Origin: Steroidobacteraceae bacterium
Lineage (GTDB): Bacteria; Pseudomonadota; Gammaproteobacteria; Steroidobacterales; Steroidobacteraceae
Assembly (NCBI GenBank): GCA_036263355.1
Contig: DATAHE010000283.1
Coordinates: 1 to 28,410, forward strand
Length of the DNA stretch: 28,410 bases
Direction of reading: 5' to 3'
Below, in pieces: positions 1 through 8,671 of this stretch; position 1 is the stretch's first letter, and the number at the start of each line of letters is the position of its first letter. The notes below the pieces were generated by a model that was given only the letters and a program-made list of their open reading frames with translations, did not search any database and was not told the DNA's origin. The translations under genes and the position numbers were made by a program.

Positions 1-386
1 TCTTTACCCGATTGCGTCAGCGGCACATAGATGACGGTCTTGACGCCCAGCAAACGCAATAACAATGTTACCCAAGCTTCTGCTAACACAGTGCCTTCTG
101 CGACGATGGCCAGTTCAGGACGCAGACGCAATACATAGCGGGTGATGCGATAAGCATTTAGAAAGGCATGCCTGATACGAGCGAGCAAGCCGTTACTCGC
201 GCCGGCCAGCGGCACCGCCAGCACGCCCTTTGGTGAGCGTTCATAAAGTCGTGTATCGACACGCGCGACCAACACCGGTGTGATACGTCCTTGCTGATGC
301 AGTTCGGACATCCAGCGCAACAGCATCACTTCGTGTCCACCGAAGGAACGTGCTGTATCGATAAACAGCCAATGCGGTTTATGCAT
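1..386 (-). CDS. Glycosyltransferase family 4, N-terminal part (runs off the left edge; not in the ORF track)
   Basis: Manual translation from ATG at 386: MHKPHWLFIDTARSFGGHEVMLLRWMSEL...LRPELAIVAEG...VIYVPLTQSGK. The FGGHE motif resembles the GT4 N-terminal GGxE motif. The ATG overlaps the TAA of the upstream GT and the frame is open to the edge. Confidence 0.75.
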   Translation of the reverse strand, partial: MHKPHWLFIDTARSFGGHEVMLLRWMSELHQQGRITPVLVARVDTRLYERSPKGVLAVPLAGASNGLLARIRHAFLNAYRITRYVLRLRPELAIVAEGTVLAEAWVTLLLRLLGVKTVIYVPLTQSGK

Positions 387-1701
387 GCCGGTTCACCGTG
401 TGATCAAGCTGTCGAATGGCGGTAGCCAGTTGTTGACCGCGTGTGTTCCAGTCGAACAGCGGTGTTGCAATACGATAGGCTTCGTTCTGCAGCAAGTTCA
501 GCATCTCGATATCATCAATTCTGTTCACTGTGGATCGCACCAGTGTTTCCATGTCATTGCACGCAATCACATAGCGCAGCAAGTCAGCGGGTAGGCCGGA
601 AGTGCAGGCGGTAATCGCCGCAATGGGAAGGCGACTGAAGACGTAATCAAGAAACTTGAGCTTGAACCCACCACCAACGACATCGGGCACCAGCGCGATG
701 CGTGCGTTATCCACCAGTGATGAAACATCTTCGACAAAGCCATGAAAGACAGTTGCAGAAACCTGCGCACGCAATTCACGCAATAGTTCAGGCGGCACAT
801 CGCCAACAATGTCGAGCACCATGCCATGTTGTGCAAACACGGGATCAGCTGCGGCAATCAGGCGTCGCAGATTTTCTTGCTTGATCACCCAGCGAAATGA
901 TCCCATCACCAGCACATGACGCGGAGTGGAGTGCGTAATCTGTCGCTGTGTCTTGCGATGGCCCACATAGCCCGGGGTCAGAACAATAGGTTCACGATGG
1001 TTAAATTTGCGTCGATGCATTGCATAGGTTTGCGCATCTTCCTGGGTGATGGTCGTTACCAGGTCCGCGTGCTTGATCAGTGATTGTTCCATCTGGCGAA
1101 TCTTCAGATAGTTCTGCCATACCGCAAGTCGCCGGGGCGAAGTGACTGGCAATGCGCGGAACATGTCACGCCACAGCGACGCTTCATGATTGTGCGAGAC
1201 ATAAATGATGACAGGAGCTTTGGAGTGACGATGAAGCGTGCTGCGTGCCTTCAGGCACAACGGTAACGCCCAGCCACAGGCGTAACCATCCAGCACAATG
1301 GCATCCCACGGTTGTTGCAGCTGTTGTTCCAGCAACCTGTAGTAAGAAGGTGTGGCATGCATCGCGGCAATGCGTGGATAAAGACTTAACAACGATAAAC
1401 GCTGATCGCGCTTGTTACCGTCAACGATTCGCCATTCGCTAACCCAGTCTGATGGTGGCGTGAAGCCTGATTGTGCATAACCCATGAAGCACACTTCGGC
1501 GTTTGCACGCGTCAACGCAGCGGCGAGATTGCCTGAATAAATTCGATCACCGGCATCCTGTGGAAACGGAATATCGCGTGAGATCCACAGGCAACGCAGT
1601 CTTGGTTGCATTGCATTGCCTATATCGTCAACAGGAGAATAAGTAGAATGCGCGGCGCTATTGCGGACCGTATCAAATGCGGTTGCAGGTACTGCGTTCA
1701 T
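379..1701 (-). CDS. Glycosyltransferase family 4 (GT-B fold) of the EPS cluster
   Basis: 440 aa with N-terminal 'IPFPQDAGDRIYS' and C-terminal GT4-like 'FHGFVEDVSSLVDNARIALVPDVVGGGFKLKFLDY'. ATGA overlap with the GH26 stop at 1698-1701. Confidence 0.85.
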   Translation of the reverse strand: MNAVPATAFDTVRNSAAHSTYSPVDDIGNAMQPRLRCLWISRDIPFPQDAGDRIYSGNLAAALTRANAEVCFMGYAQSGFTPPSDWVSEWRIVDGNKRDQRLSLLSLYPRIAAMHATPSYYRLLEQQLQQPWDAIVLDGYACGWALPLCLKARSTLHRHSKAPVIIYVSHNHEASLWRDMFRALPVTSPRRLAVWQNYLKIRQMEQSLIKHADLVTTITQEDAQTYAMHRRKFNHREPIVLTPGYVGHRKTQRQITHSTPRHVLVMGSFRWVIKQENLRRLIAAADPVFAQHGMVLDIVGDVPPELLRELRAQVSATVFHGFVEDVSSLVDNARIALVPDVVGGGFKLKFLDYVFSRLPIAAITACTSGLPADLLRYVIACNDMETLVRSTVNRIDDIEMLNLLQNEAYRIATPLFDWNTRGQQLATAIRQLDHTVNRHA

Positions 1702-2678
1702 TGTGTGCGCTCTTGAGAAGTTGGAAAGGAACGAAAGGCCTTAATAAACGCCATCGCAGATTTCGGACGTCGTCCATCAGATAATTTGCCGTCGTAATCT
1801 TTCGCTTTGTAATCCCAGTAAGCGTGATAGGCGACATTGTGCTGTCTTATCCATTCGGCCATGTTGTTGACGAAGTAATCATCGTCGTCACCACCGTGAC
1901 CATCGGGCCGCGTGCCGGTAGCCCATTCAGGAATTGAAATGGGCTTGTCGTGCCGAGTGGCAAAGTCACTTAGCCAGTTAAGGCCATAAGCTTGTGTGAC
2001 CAGTTGATGCCAGCGTTCTTCGGGCGTGGGTTGTTGCTTCAGCCATATCTGGTTGTAGAAGTCATAGCCGATCACATCTACATATTCATCACCGGGATAA
2101 ACGTTCGGTGCAGGTATCTGTTGATAGCCCTGCGCCACACACCAGTCGAACAGGAACGCTGCACCGGGAACCGACTTCATTGTGGTGACAATGCGTCGCC
2201 AGTACTTCACCCAGTTCTCCGGATCTTTCTTTGCAGCCCACGGATACCAGCCGCCATTAAATTCCCAGCCAAGACGAATTACGGAATGGGCGAATCCATT
2301 CTTGATCAAGGTTTCTGCAAGCTGACGAAACTGATCATCGAACTTTCCTGATGCTCCTTCGGCCAGTGTGCCGTGATCATTCATTAGCATGGGCACGGAG
2401 AACACCACTTCAATCGGCTGATGTGACCAGCATTTGCTGGCCCAGTTGGCATCGCCCTGCATCGATTGCCATGAATCAGAGGCGATAAAGTCCAGCACAA
2501 AATCCGGGCGACGACCCAGCCAGTTCGAAAAATTACCCATGCGCTTAACACCGTCACAGCCATTGCCCTGATAGGTGCCAAGCATGGCAACAAAGGATGA
2601 TGGCGTTGAAGATGGCTGTGCGGCCGCGGCGCCGATACAAAGAAACACAGCCGAAAAGAAATGTAACGCGCGATTCAT
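1698..2678 (-). CDS. Secreted glycoside hydrolase family 26 (beta-mannanase/beta-glucanase-like)
   Basis: Signal peptide (MNRALHFFSAVFLCIGAAAAQ). GH26 motifs IRLGWEFNGGWYPW (acid/base Glu), YPGDEYVDVIGYDFYN and KPISIPEW (nucleophile Glu). ATGA overlap with the acyltransferase stop, with a GGAGG RBS. Confidence 0.9.
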   Translation of the reverse strand: MNRALHFFSAVFLCIGAAAAQPSSTPSSFVAMLGTYQGNGCDGVKRMGNFSNWLGRRPDFVLDFIASDSWQSMQGDANWASKCWSHQPIEVVFSVPMLMNDHGTLAEGASGKFDDQFRQLAETLIKNGFAHSVIRLGWEFNGGWYPWAAKKDPENWVKYWRRIVTTMKSVPGAAFLFDWCVAQGYQQIPAPNVYPGDEYVDVIGYDFYNQIWLKQQPTPEERWHQLVTQAYGLNWLSDFATRHDKPISIPEWATGTRPDGHGGDDDDYFVNNMAEWIRQHNVAYHAYWDYKAKDYDGKLSDGRRPKSAMAFIKAFRSFPTSQERTQ

Positions 2679-3997
2679 ATGCGACCCTCCTGTCCAACAA
2701 CCATGGCGGGTGATATTGAGGATGATGATGAGGCTGGTGTTGCAGGTAATGCCGTCTCACTGCGTGCAGAGTGATCGACGGATAGCCAGCCCTTCAATTG
2801 CTTCGCCAGTCTTTGTTCTATCCATCGATACGATGCAGTTGAAATCAATACCGCCAGTGTGAATGAGGCCACGGCAAACACGATGGCGGAAACAAACCAT
2901 CCAGCATGTGGCACCAGCCAATTTGTTACGGGCTTCTTGACAGCAAACATCACGATGGGATGCCACAAATAAAAGCTGTAACTGATATTGCCGAGCAACT
3001 GCATTGACGCCTGCTTCAAACCACGCGCCATGCCAATGCCATTGCATACGCATATAAACAGGTGCAGTCCCGACAAGAATGCCAATGTCGCCCATGCAAG
3101 TCCGGGCCATGACAACACATGCGCGATAGCAGTAGTCGTGGGTCTGGCTTCATCCAGATTCACTGCGCGCCATGCGAGCAAGAACAACAGCAGACTGATC
3201 AGTGGATATTGCAACAGCGGTGATTGCAACCAGCGCGATTCTTTAATTGACTGCCAATTAAGTGCAACGATGACGCCCGGTATGAAGAACAGCGCACGCG
3301 GCAGCAACATCAGTAGACCCACAATGATCACTGCCATTACGATCATTGATGCTGGCAGCATGATTGATGCTTTCATCGTGGCATTCACCTTCCGGACCAG
3401 CAGCGCATAGCTTGCTGCTGCCAGTAAATAAAACAACCACTCATAAGTCAGTGACCACGATGCAGGATGCAACACTGGAATTGGCACCAATGGCGGCAGC
3501 AGTAACAGATTGCTGATGAATACCGAGAACTTGTCCGTCAGCGTAGTGCTGGCAAAGTACTTCCAGCCCAATGCAACGCCCAGCGAAAAGATGCACAAGT
3601 GCACCGGAACCCACACTGGAAAGATGCGGATGCAGCGGTCCTTGAGAAAGGCAGCAATGGTTTTATGCCGACGCAGGCTATTGATAATGACGAAGCCGCT
3701 GATCATGAAGAACAGCTCGACACCATATCGCCATGAACTGGCGAAGAATAAAAAGGCGTCCTTGCCGGGCGCTGGCGTTGCCGAAACGGGTATCAGTCCG
3801 GAGTTAATGACGTGATAGGCAAATACCAGCAGCACACACAAACCACGAAAACCGTTGATATAGAAGTTGAAACCACTCTTGGCAGCCGTCACAGATGCAG
3901 CCGGTGATGCGGATTGCGCAGGCAATACATCGCGAATGTCCGGTGCCCTGACCATCTCTGTGACAATACTTCCAGTTGTGAAGTGGTCGCGTGCCAT
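2675..3997 (-). CDS. Acyltransferase family 3 (OafA-like), probable EPS O-acylation
   Basis: Motifs INGFRGLCVLLVFAYH, GVELFFMISGF, WSLTYEWLFY and GNISYSFYLWH, with many hydrophobic segments. Start moved from the track's 4090 (inside the GT2 gene) to ATG 3997, just after the GT2 stop. Confidence 0.9.
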   Translation of the reverse strand: MARDHFTTGSIVTEMVRAPDIRDVLPAQSASPAASVTAAKSGFNFYINGFRGLCVLLVFAYHVINSGLIPVSATPAPGKDAFLFFASSWRYGVELFFMISGFVIINSLRRHKTIAAFLKDRCIRIFPVWVPVHLCIFSLGVALGWKYFASTTLTDKFSVFISNLLLLPPLVPIPVLHPASWSLTYEWLFYLLAAASYALLVRKVNATMKASIMLPASMIVMAVIIVGLLMLLPRALFFIPGVIVALNWQSIKESRWLQSPLLQYPLISLLLFLLAWRAVNLDEARPTTTAIAHVLSWPGLAWATLAFLSGLHLFICVCNGIGMARGLKQASMQLLGNISYSFYLWHPIVMFAVKKPVTNWLVPHAGWFVSAIVFAVASFTLAVLISTASYRWIEQRLAKQLKGWLSVDHSARSETALPATPASSSSSISPAMVVGQEGRI

Positions 3998-4001
3998 GTC
4001 G

Positions 4002-5165
4002 TCATCCCTGGCCGCGAATCGACGCTGACGGTTGCCATGTCTGGTAGCGTTGTCCACGCACGGATTGCCACACACCAATGCCCGCACCACCCAGGCTGCG
4101 TATCACTTCAACAACAGAAGTGAGTGGCCCTGCGGACCAGCGCAGACCAATGTAGAAGCACAGTGCCGTTACTAATGGCAGGATCAGCGCCAACAATGGC
4201 CATTGCGCAAACAGCAGTGCGATTTCAAACAGGCAGGCGCTCAGCACCAGGAAGTAAATGCTCAGCCAACGTAGCAGCTTGTGCGACACATACTTATAGA
4301 TAGTGAGTGCATTCAGCTCACGAATCGCTGGCCATAGAATGCGGTGCACGTTGAAGGCCTGACATGCAATGCGGATCTTGCGACGAAATTCCTCCATGCC
4401 ATTGCTGACTGATTCCTCATACGCGCGGACATCATTCGCTTGCACTACACGATAACCCTGACACAGAATCATGAACGACACATACATGTCATCGATGATG
4501 TGATCGGGTGGTGGCTGATGCAATTCGCGACGGATCGCAAACAACGAGCCATCCGCACCCATCACCGATCCACTGGCTTGCTCAAGTGATTTGATGGCTT
4601 GCTCCAGCCGCCAGTACAACGAACCGGTTGCCGCTGTCACTGAATCATCGCCATTGGTATAAATCAGGTCGCCGCACACACAGCCAATGCTGGGATGGGC
4701 GAAGTAGTTGCGTAGCTTTTGCAGCCCTTCGATATCCAGTCGCACGTTGGCATCGGTGAACACGATGTACGGTGCAGTAGTCTGCGACACCAGCAGATTC
4801 ATGCCATGCGTTTTGCCGTGACGTACTGGTGACACATGCAGCTTGATCTGCGATGCAAACGGCGCAAGTAATTCCGCAGTGCGATCACTTGCGGCATCAA
4901 CATACACCAGAATTTCCAGATCGGGTTCCTGCTGACGCATGGCAAGCAGATTGAGCATCTTGGCCTTGATCACATGTTCTTCGTTATAAGCACACATGCA
5001 AATCGCAAAACGTCCAGTTGCTGGCTCCACTTTCATGTGCGACTTTCCGGGTCGTCGAATGACATTGAACACCTTCAGCGACAATGGATAGGTGATGAAA
5101 GGATGCAGCGCGATGAGCAAACAAAGCCCGCTGAATATAAATAGAACGTTGGCGATGAGGGTCAT
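4002..5165 (-). CDS. Glycosyltransferase family 2 (membrane-anchored, CesA/IcaA-like fold)
   Basis: Motifs ICMCAYNEE, VYVDAASDRT, RHGKTHGMN, VFTDAN, GADGSLFAIRR, DDMY and RRKIRIA. Start at ATG 5165 (ATGA overlap with the wzy stop, GGAGG RBS) rather than the track's 5282. Confidence 0.9.
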   Translation of the reverse strand: MTLIANVLFIFSGLCLLIALHPFITYPLSLKVFNVIRRPGKSHMKVEPATGRFAICMCAYNEEHVIKAKMLNLLAMRQQEPDLEILVYVDAASDRTAELLAPFASQIKLHVSPVRHGKTHGMNLLVSQTTAPYIVFTDANVRLDIEGLQKLRNYFAHPSIGCVCGDLIYTNGDDSVTAATGSLYWRLEQAIKSLEQASGSVMGADGSLFAIRRELHQPPPDHIIDDMYVSFMILCQGYRVVQANDVRAYEESVSNGMEEFRRKIRIACQAFNVHRILWPAIRELNALTIYKYVSHKLLRWLSIYFLVLSACLFEIALLFAQWPLLALILPLVTALCFYIGLRWSAGPLTSVVEVIRSLGGAGIGVWQSVRGQRYQTWQPSASIRGQG

Positions 5166-6487
5166 CGTGCCTCCCGGAGTGTCAATAGACTTTCTAATGG
5201 ATCGTGTGGAATCGCAGCAGGCGCTGCGTTGGTGGAGATAACTTTGTTCTGCGTGGCGAAGGACTTTGGTCGCGATGTCCATACCAGCAAGCTCAACGAC
5301 AGCGCATGGGAAAATGGCACATACAATCCGTTCAACAGAAAGGTGAGTGCGACGGCAAGCGCCACGGCCGATGGCAGCGCAGATGAAGAGAGGCAGTAGA
5401 ACAGGAACGAGAAGTACAGCAGCGCACCCGCGATGCCGAACTCCAGCACCATTTTGAATAGCGGCATTTCGGCCACTGGATAGTGAGCCAGCGGCGCATA
5501 TTCCTTGAACATGCCAGCACCAGCACCAAACAATGCGCGTATGGGATGATCCGAAAGAAACTGGTTGAACAGATAGAAACCGCCGACGAAGCGGGCGAAA
5601 CCACTGGAGCCGGTTGAATTGAATTCACCAATTCGTGAAATAAATTTATCGAGATAGAGATACTCTCCCGCGAACTGCACCAGGATCACTGCAACGATGG
5701 CTGCGATGATCATGCCGAATAACAGACCCCAGCGATTTTGCGCAACGATGACAACCGGCAGTGCAATGCCCAGTACCATGAAGCCAGTGCCTGAATACGA
5801 CACCAGCATGCCAGTGATGTACAGCATGATTCGCCACACGCGATTTAATGTGGATACTTCCAGCACGAGGGCCACTGCGAGTAGCTGACTAAGATAAGAA
5901 GGTTCCAGCATAAACACGCCATTGGCGCGCATTACGGCGGATTCATATTCGAGCGGTGCTTCCTGATTGAAGTTCTGAATGCGAAATCCGTCTGGAATAA
6001 AACTCTCAATCGGAAATAGCCACGGACTGGAGATAAAGTGTTGCAAGACGAATTGAACAATCGCGAGCAAAGCACACAGGCTGCACAGCACGTTGAAAAA
6101 CTTCACCACCTTGTTGATGTCTGCTGACCCCACCCGGAACTGCAACAGCAGTGGCAAGTGCAGCGCGGCCAGTAACAGGATCGAGCTGGAATAGAACATA
6201 TCGTTCTTCAGTAACTGCACAAGCGTAAGCAGGCCAATGGTTAACAGGCCAAATGCAAACCGCCGCGTTTCAATGACGAATTGGCAGGTGATGCAACCTG
6301 CGATCATCACTACCAGTAATATGGGCAGCGCGATGCCAATGCCACGTGAACCAAAGGGCGGCACCGCGATCTTTGAGAATACCGTCGCAGTCAGCAGTGG
6401 CATCGCCCACAGCAAGTTGCGCCACGCAGAAGCTGGTGGAGTATCGTGAGGAGTTGCCGCAACCAATGTACGAGCGGCGGAGGTCAT
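5162..6487 (-). CDS. Wzy-like polysaccharide polymerase (multi-TM)
   Basis: About 10-12 hydrophobic segments, periplasmic-loop motif RANGVFMLEPSY, 'SYSGTG' and 'SGFARF'. The operon position fits. ATGA overlap with the epsL stop gives start 6487. Confidence 0.7.
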   Translation of the reverse strand: MTSAARTLVAATPHDTPPASAWRNLLWAMPLLTATVFSKIAVPPFGSRGIGIALPILLVVMIAGCITCQFVIETRRFAFGLLTIGLLTLVQLLKNDMFYSSSILLLAALHLPLLLQFRVGSADINKVVKFFNVLCSLCALLAIVQFVLQHFISSPWLFPIESFIPDGFRIQNFNQEAPLEYESAVMRANGVFMLEPSYLSQLLAVALVLEVSTLNRVWRIMLYITGMLVSYSGTGFMVLGIALPVVIVAQNRWGLLFGMIIAAIVAVILVQFAGEYLYLDKFISRIGEFNSTGSSGFARFVGGFYLFNQFLSDHPIRALFGAGAGMFKEYAPLAHYPVAEMPLFKMVLEFGIAGALLYFSFLFYCLSSSALPSAVALAVALTFLLNGLYVPFSHALSLSLLVWTSRPKSFATQNKVISTNAAPAAIPHDPLESLLTLREAR

Positions 6488-7773
6488 AAGAAGCTCCACC
6501 TGATTTGCAACGCCGTCATCTCATCCAGATAACTGTATGCATCAATGCTCGAGTCGCGCTTCTCATAGCCATAGTTCAAATTAATATCGAAAGAAGGGCG
6601 TGGCCGAAACAGCAATTCAACGCCAGCCAGCTTCACTTCGTCTTCACGTGGCAACAGACCTGCGGTGGCAATGTTGCGGAAAATATATTGCTGACGTTCC
6701 CAGCGCAGTGGCAAAGATAATGTGATCTTCTCATGCGGCATCCAGCGTGGTGTCAGGCTCGCGCCCCGCGAGATGAAGTGATCTGCTTCAGTATCAAAGT
6801 ACGAAGCGAGGTCCTTCCAGCCGGCGACGGTGAACTGGATGTTGCCGCGTGGTTGCCAGTCCAGTGAAGCACGCCACGTATATCCGGAATAATTGATTGA
6901 CGGATCGTGTTCATAATCGTGTTTCACATGCGATACCGCAGCAGCAAAGATCGTCTTGCTGCCTAGCTCGTAGTGCGCGCGGGCCGATACCGTTTCCTCT
7001 CGATAGTCACGATCAAAGACGGTGTCGTTAATAACCACGGTGAATGGGTAGTTGGCCTGCACGCGTTGTGCACTGAACCCCAGATAGTTTTCAGCGCGAC
7101 TCATCAGAAGAATCTCGGCGACGCCCGTGGTATTTCGATAATTATCGACGCGACGTGATTCGGCATCATGCGAGGTATCAGTACGGTCACCACGCACTCT
7201 TGCAACCACATGCGCACCGAAGTCGCGATTCACTTCCAGAAAGTAGTGGTACGAGTCCACCACATCTTTCACCAGCGGGCGATCATTGACGAAGGTGCCG
7301 AGTGCGCGCTTATAGTCGCCGCCTGCCTGACCATGCCAATTCTTGGCAACCTGCCAGTTCCATAGCAACGCCGCGTTGCCAGAAACATGATTCAGGATTT
7401 TGTTATCCAGAAAGCGGTTGTCATCAATGTTTGCGGTCAGCTTGAATTCCTGTGGATTCAGCTGCCAGCGTTCCTGAATGCATGCCGTGGTGCGTAACGA
7501 CGTGTTGTACCGACTGGCATCCGGACCGAGTCGTTGCGTGACGTCCATATCGCGATTCAGGTGAAATAAATTGGTGTGATAGATGGCCTGTTCAGCAAGA
7601 CAGACGAATGATCGCTCTGTTACCGGCTCTTCTTCGGTTTCCGCGTGGACCGTTGTACTGATGAGCGGAATGCTGATGGTGCATGCCATCGCGATGCAGG
7701 AGGAAAAAGTCCATGCATGCGATTTAGAGTTAACTGTTGTTTGCCTTGGCGGAGTGCTGTTCACATCAACCAT
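6484..7773 (-). CDS. epsL: EpsL-type outer-membrane beta-barrel for polysaccharide export
   Basis: Signal-like N-terminus (ISIPLISTTVHAE), alternating aromatic/polar beta-strands ('YSGYTWRASLDWQP', 'LNYGYEKRDS') and aromatic C-terminus (IRWSFL). Lies next to epsE/F/G. The exact start is uncertain. Confidence 0.7.
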   Translation of the reverse strand: MVDVNSTPPRQTTVNSKSHAWTFSSCIAMACTISIPLISTTVHAETEEEPVTERSFVCLAEQAIYHTNLFHLNRDMDVTQRLGPDASRYNTSLRTTACIQERWQLNPQEFKLTANIDDNRFLDNKILNHVSGNAALLWNWQVAKNWHGQAGGDYKRALGTFVNDRPLVKDVVDSYHYFLEVNRDFGAHVVARVRGDRTDTSHDAESRRVDNYRNTTGVAEILLMSRAENYLGFSAQRVQANYPFTVVINDTVFDRDYREETVSARAHYELGSKTIFAAAVSHVKHDYEHDPSINYSGYTWRASLDWQPRGNIQFTVAGWKDLASYFDTEADHFISRGASLTPRWMPHEKITLSLPLRWERQQYIFRNIATAGLLPREDEVKLAGVELLFRPRPSFDINLNYGYEKRDSSIDAYSYLDEMTALQIRWSFL

Positions 7774-8644
7774 CCAGTACTACACCGAGTAGTTCAGTTC
7801 TGGTTGTAGAAAGCAGTTCGGCAGCCAGCTCCACATCAGCAGTAGGGGTTATGTTGCGACGTGCGCTCAGAATGCAGCCATGAGTACGTGATGCAACGAC
7901 TTGTGCATCCGCGCAGTCGGCCAGCGGCGGCGCCACCACAATCGCAGTATCAAATGCTTTCTGCACCGAATCGAACAGATAGCGCAAAGTCGTCAGACTC
8001 AACAGCTCCTGCGGATTCACTGGTGGCTTGCCAGCAAAAATAACCGAGAGGTGATAGAAGCCCGGAATGGAATGCAACAGGTCCTGCGGATTGCAGTAGC
8101 CTTTCAAAAAATCCACTAAGCCACGCTGACCTTCCATCTTGAACATGCCCTGTTGTTGTGGTGTGCGCAAATTTGCATCGATCAACAAGGTGCGTCGCCC
8201 CAGTTGCGAGAAAGCGCAGGCCAGATCCGCAGCAAGCACATTGGCTCCATCGTCATGACGTACTTCAGTCACCATCAATATCTGGTGATTACGCGCGAAG
8301 CAACGCGACATCAATTCGCTGCGCAGTGAGCGAATGGCTTCGGCGCGTGCGCTTTTGGGTCGGTGCACCATTGAAAGTGCAGATGAAAAAATCTTGTTGT
8401 TAGACAGGTTGGCAGCCAGCTCGCATTGAACCGCGAGTGCGCGTCGCACTTCCAGTTCAGTAATCAGTCCGAGTCGCAGTGCGACATCACTGAAGCATTC
8501 GCCTTTCTCATTCTGTGCAGCCTGGATGCGCTTGAAGTCCTGCTCACTCAATGTGCCTTCGTCATACAGGATTTCGCCCAGGCGGGTATCGAGGTGCGGT
8601 GGAATCTCAACTGCTTTAAGGTTGGTGTCTGGGGCAATCGCCAT
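7766..8644 (-). CDS. epsG: EpsG-family Wzc C-terminal (BY-kinase-like) subunit with degenerate Walker motifs and an N-terminal MshEN-like domain
   Basis: 'AEAIRSLRSEL', 'LAADLACAFSQLGRRTLLIDANLR', 'PPVNPQELL' and 'LLGVVL' match the CpsD/CapB/EpsG fold. Follows epsF, with a GGAG RBS. Confidence 0.85.
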   Translation of the reverse strand: MAIAPDTNLKAVEIPPHLDTRLGEILYDEGTLSEQDFKRIQAAQNEKGECFSDVALRLGLITELEVRRALAVQCELAANLSNNKIFSSALSMVHRPKSARAEAIRSLRSELMSRCFARNHQILMVTEVRHDDGANVLAADLACAFSQLGRRTLLIDANLRTPQQQGMFKMEGQRGLVDFLKGYCNPQDLLHSIPGFYHLSVIFAGKPPVNPQELLSLTTLRYLFDSVQKAFDTAIVVAPPLADCADAQVVASRTHGCILSARRNITPTADVELAAELLSTTRTELLGVVLDG

Positions 8645-8671
8645 ATCAACTCCTCATTCTGCTCATTGAGT

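Noticed and set aside
2700-2745. GAT/GAG/GCT triplet run resembling a microsatellite
   Set aside because: It encodes the Ser/Pro-rich C-terminal tail of the acyltransferase (PATPASSSSSISP). It is not a perfect repeat or a phase-variable tract.
4002-5282. Long N-terminal extensions in the track (GT2 from 5282; likewise 4090, 6499, 10117, 11008, 21060, 24722, 25430)
   Set aside because: They overlap neighbouring genes or lack an RBS. Downstream starts show ATGA coupling, an SD sequence, or begin at the recognisable domain or signal peptide.
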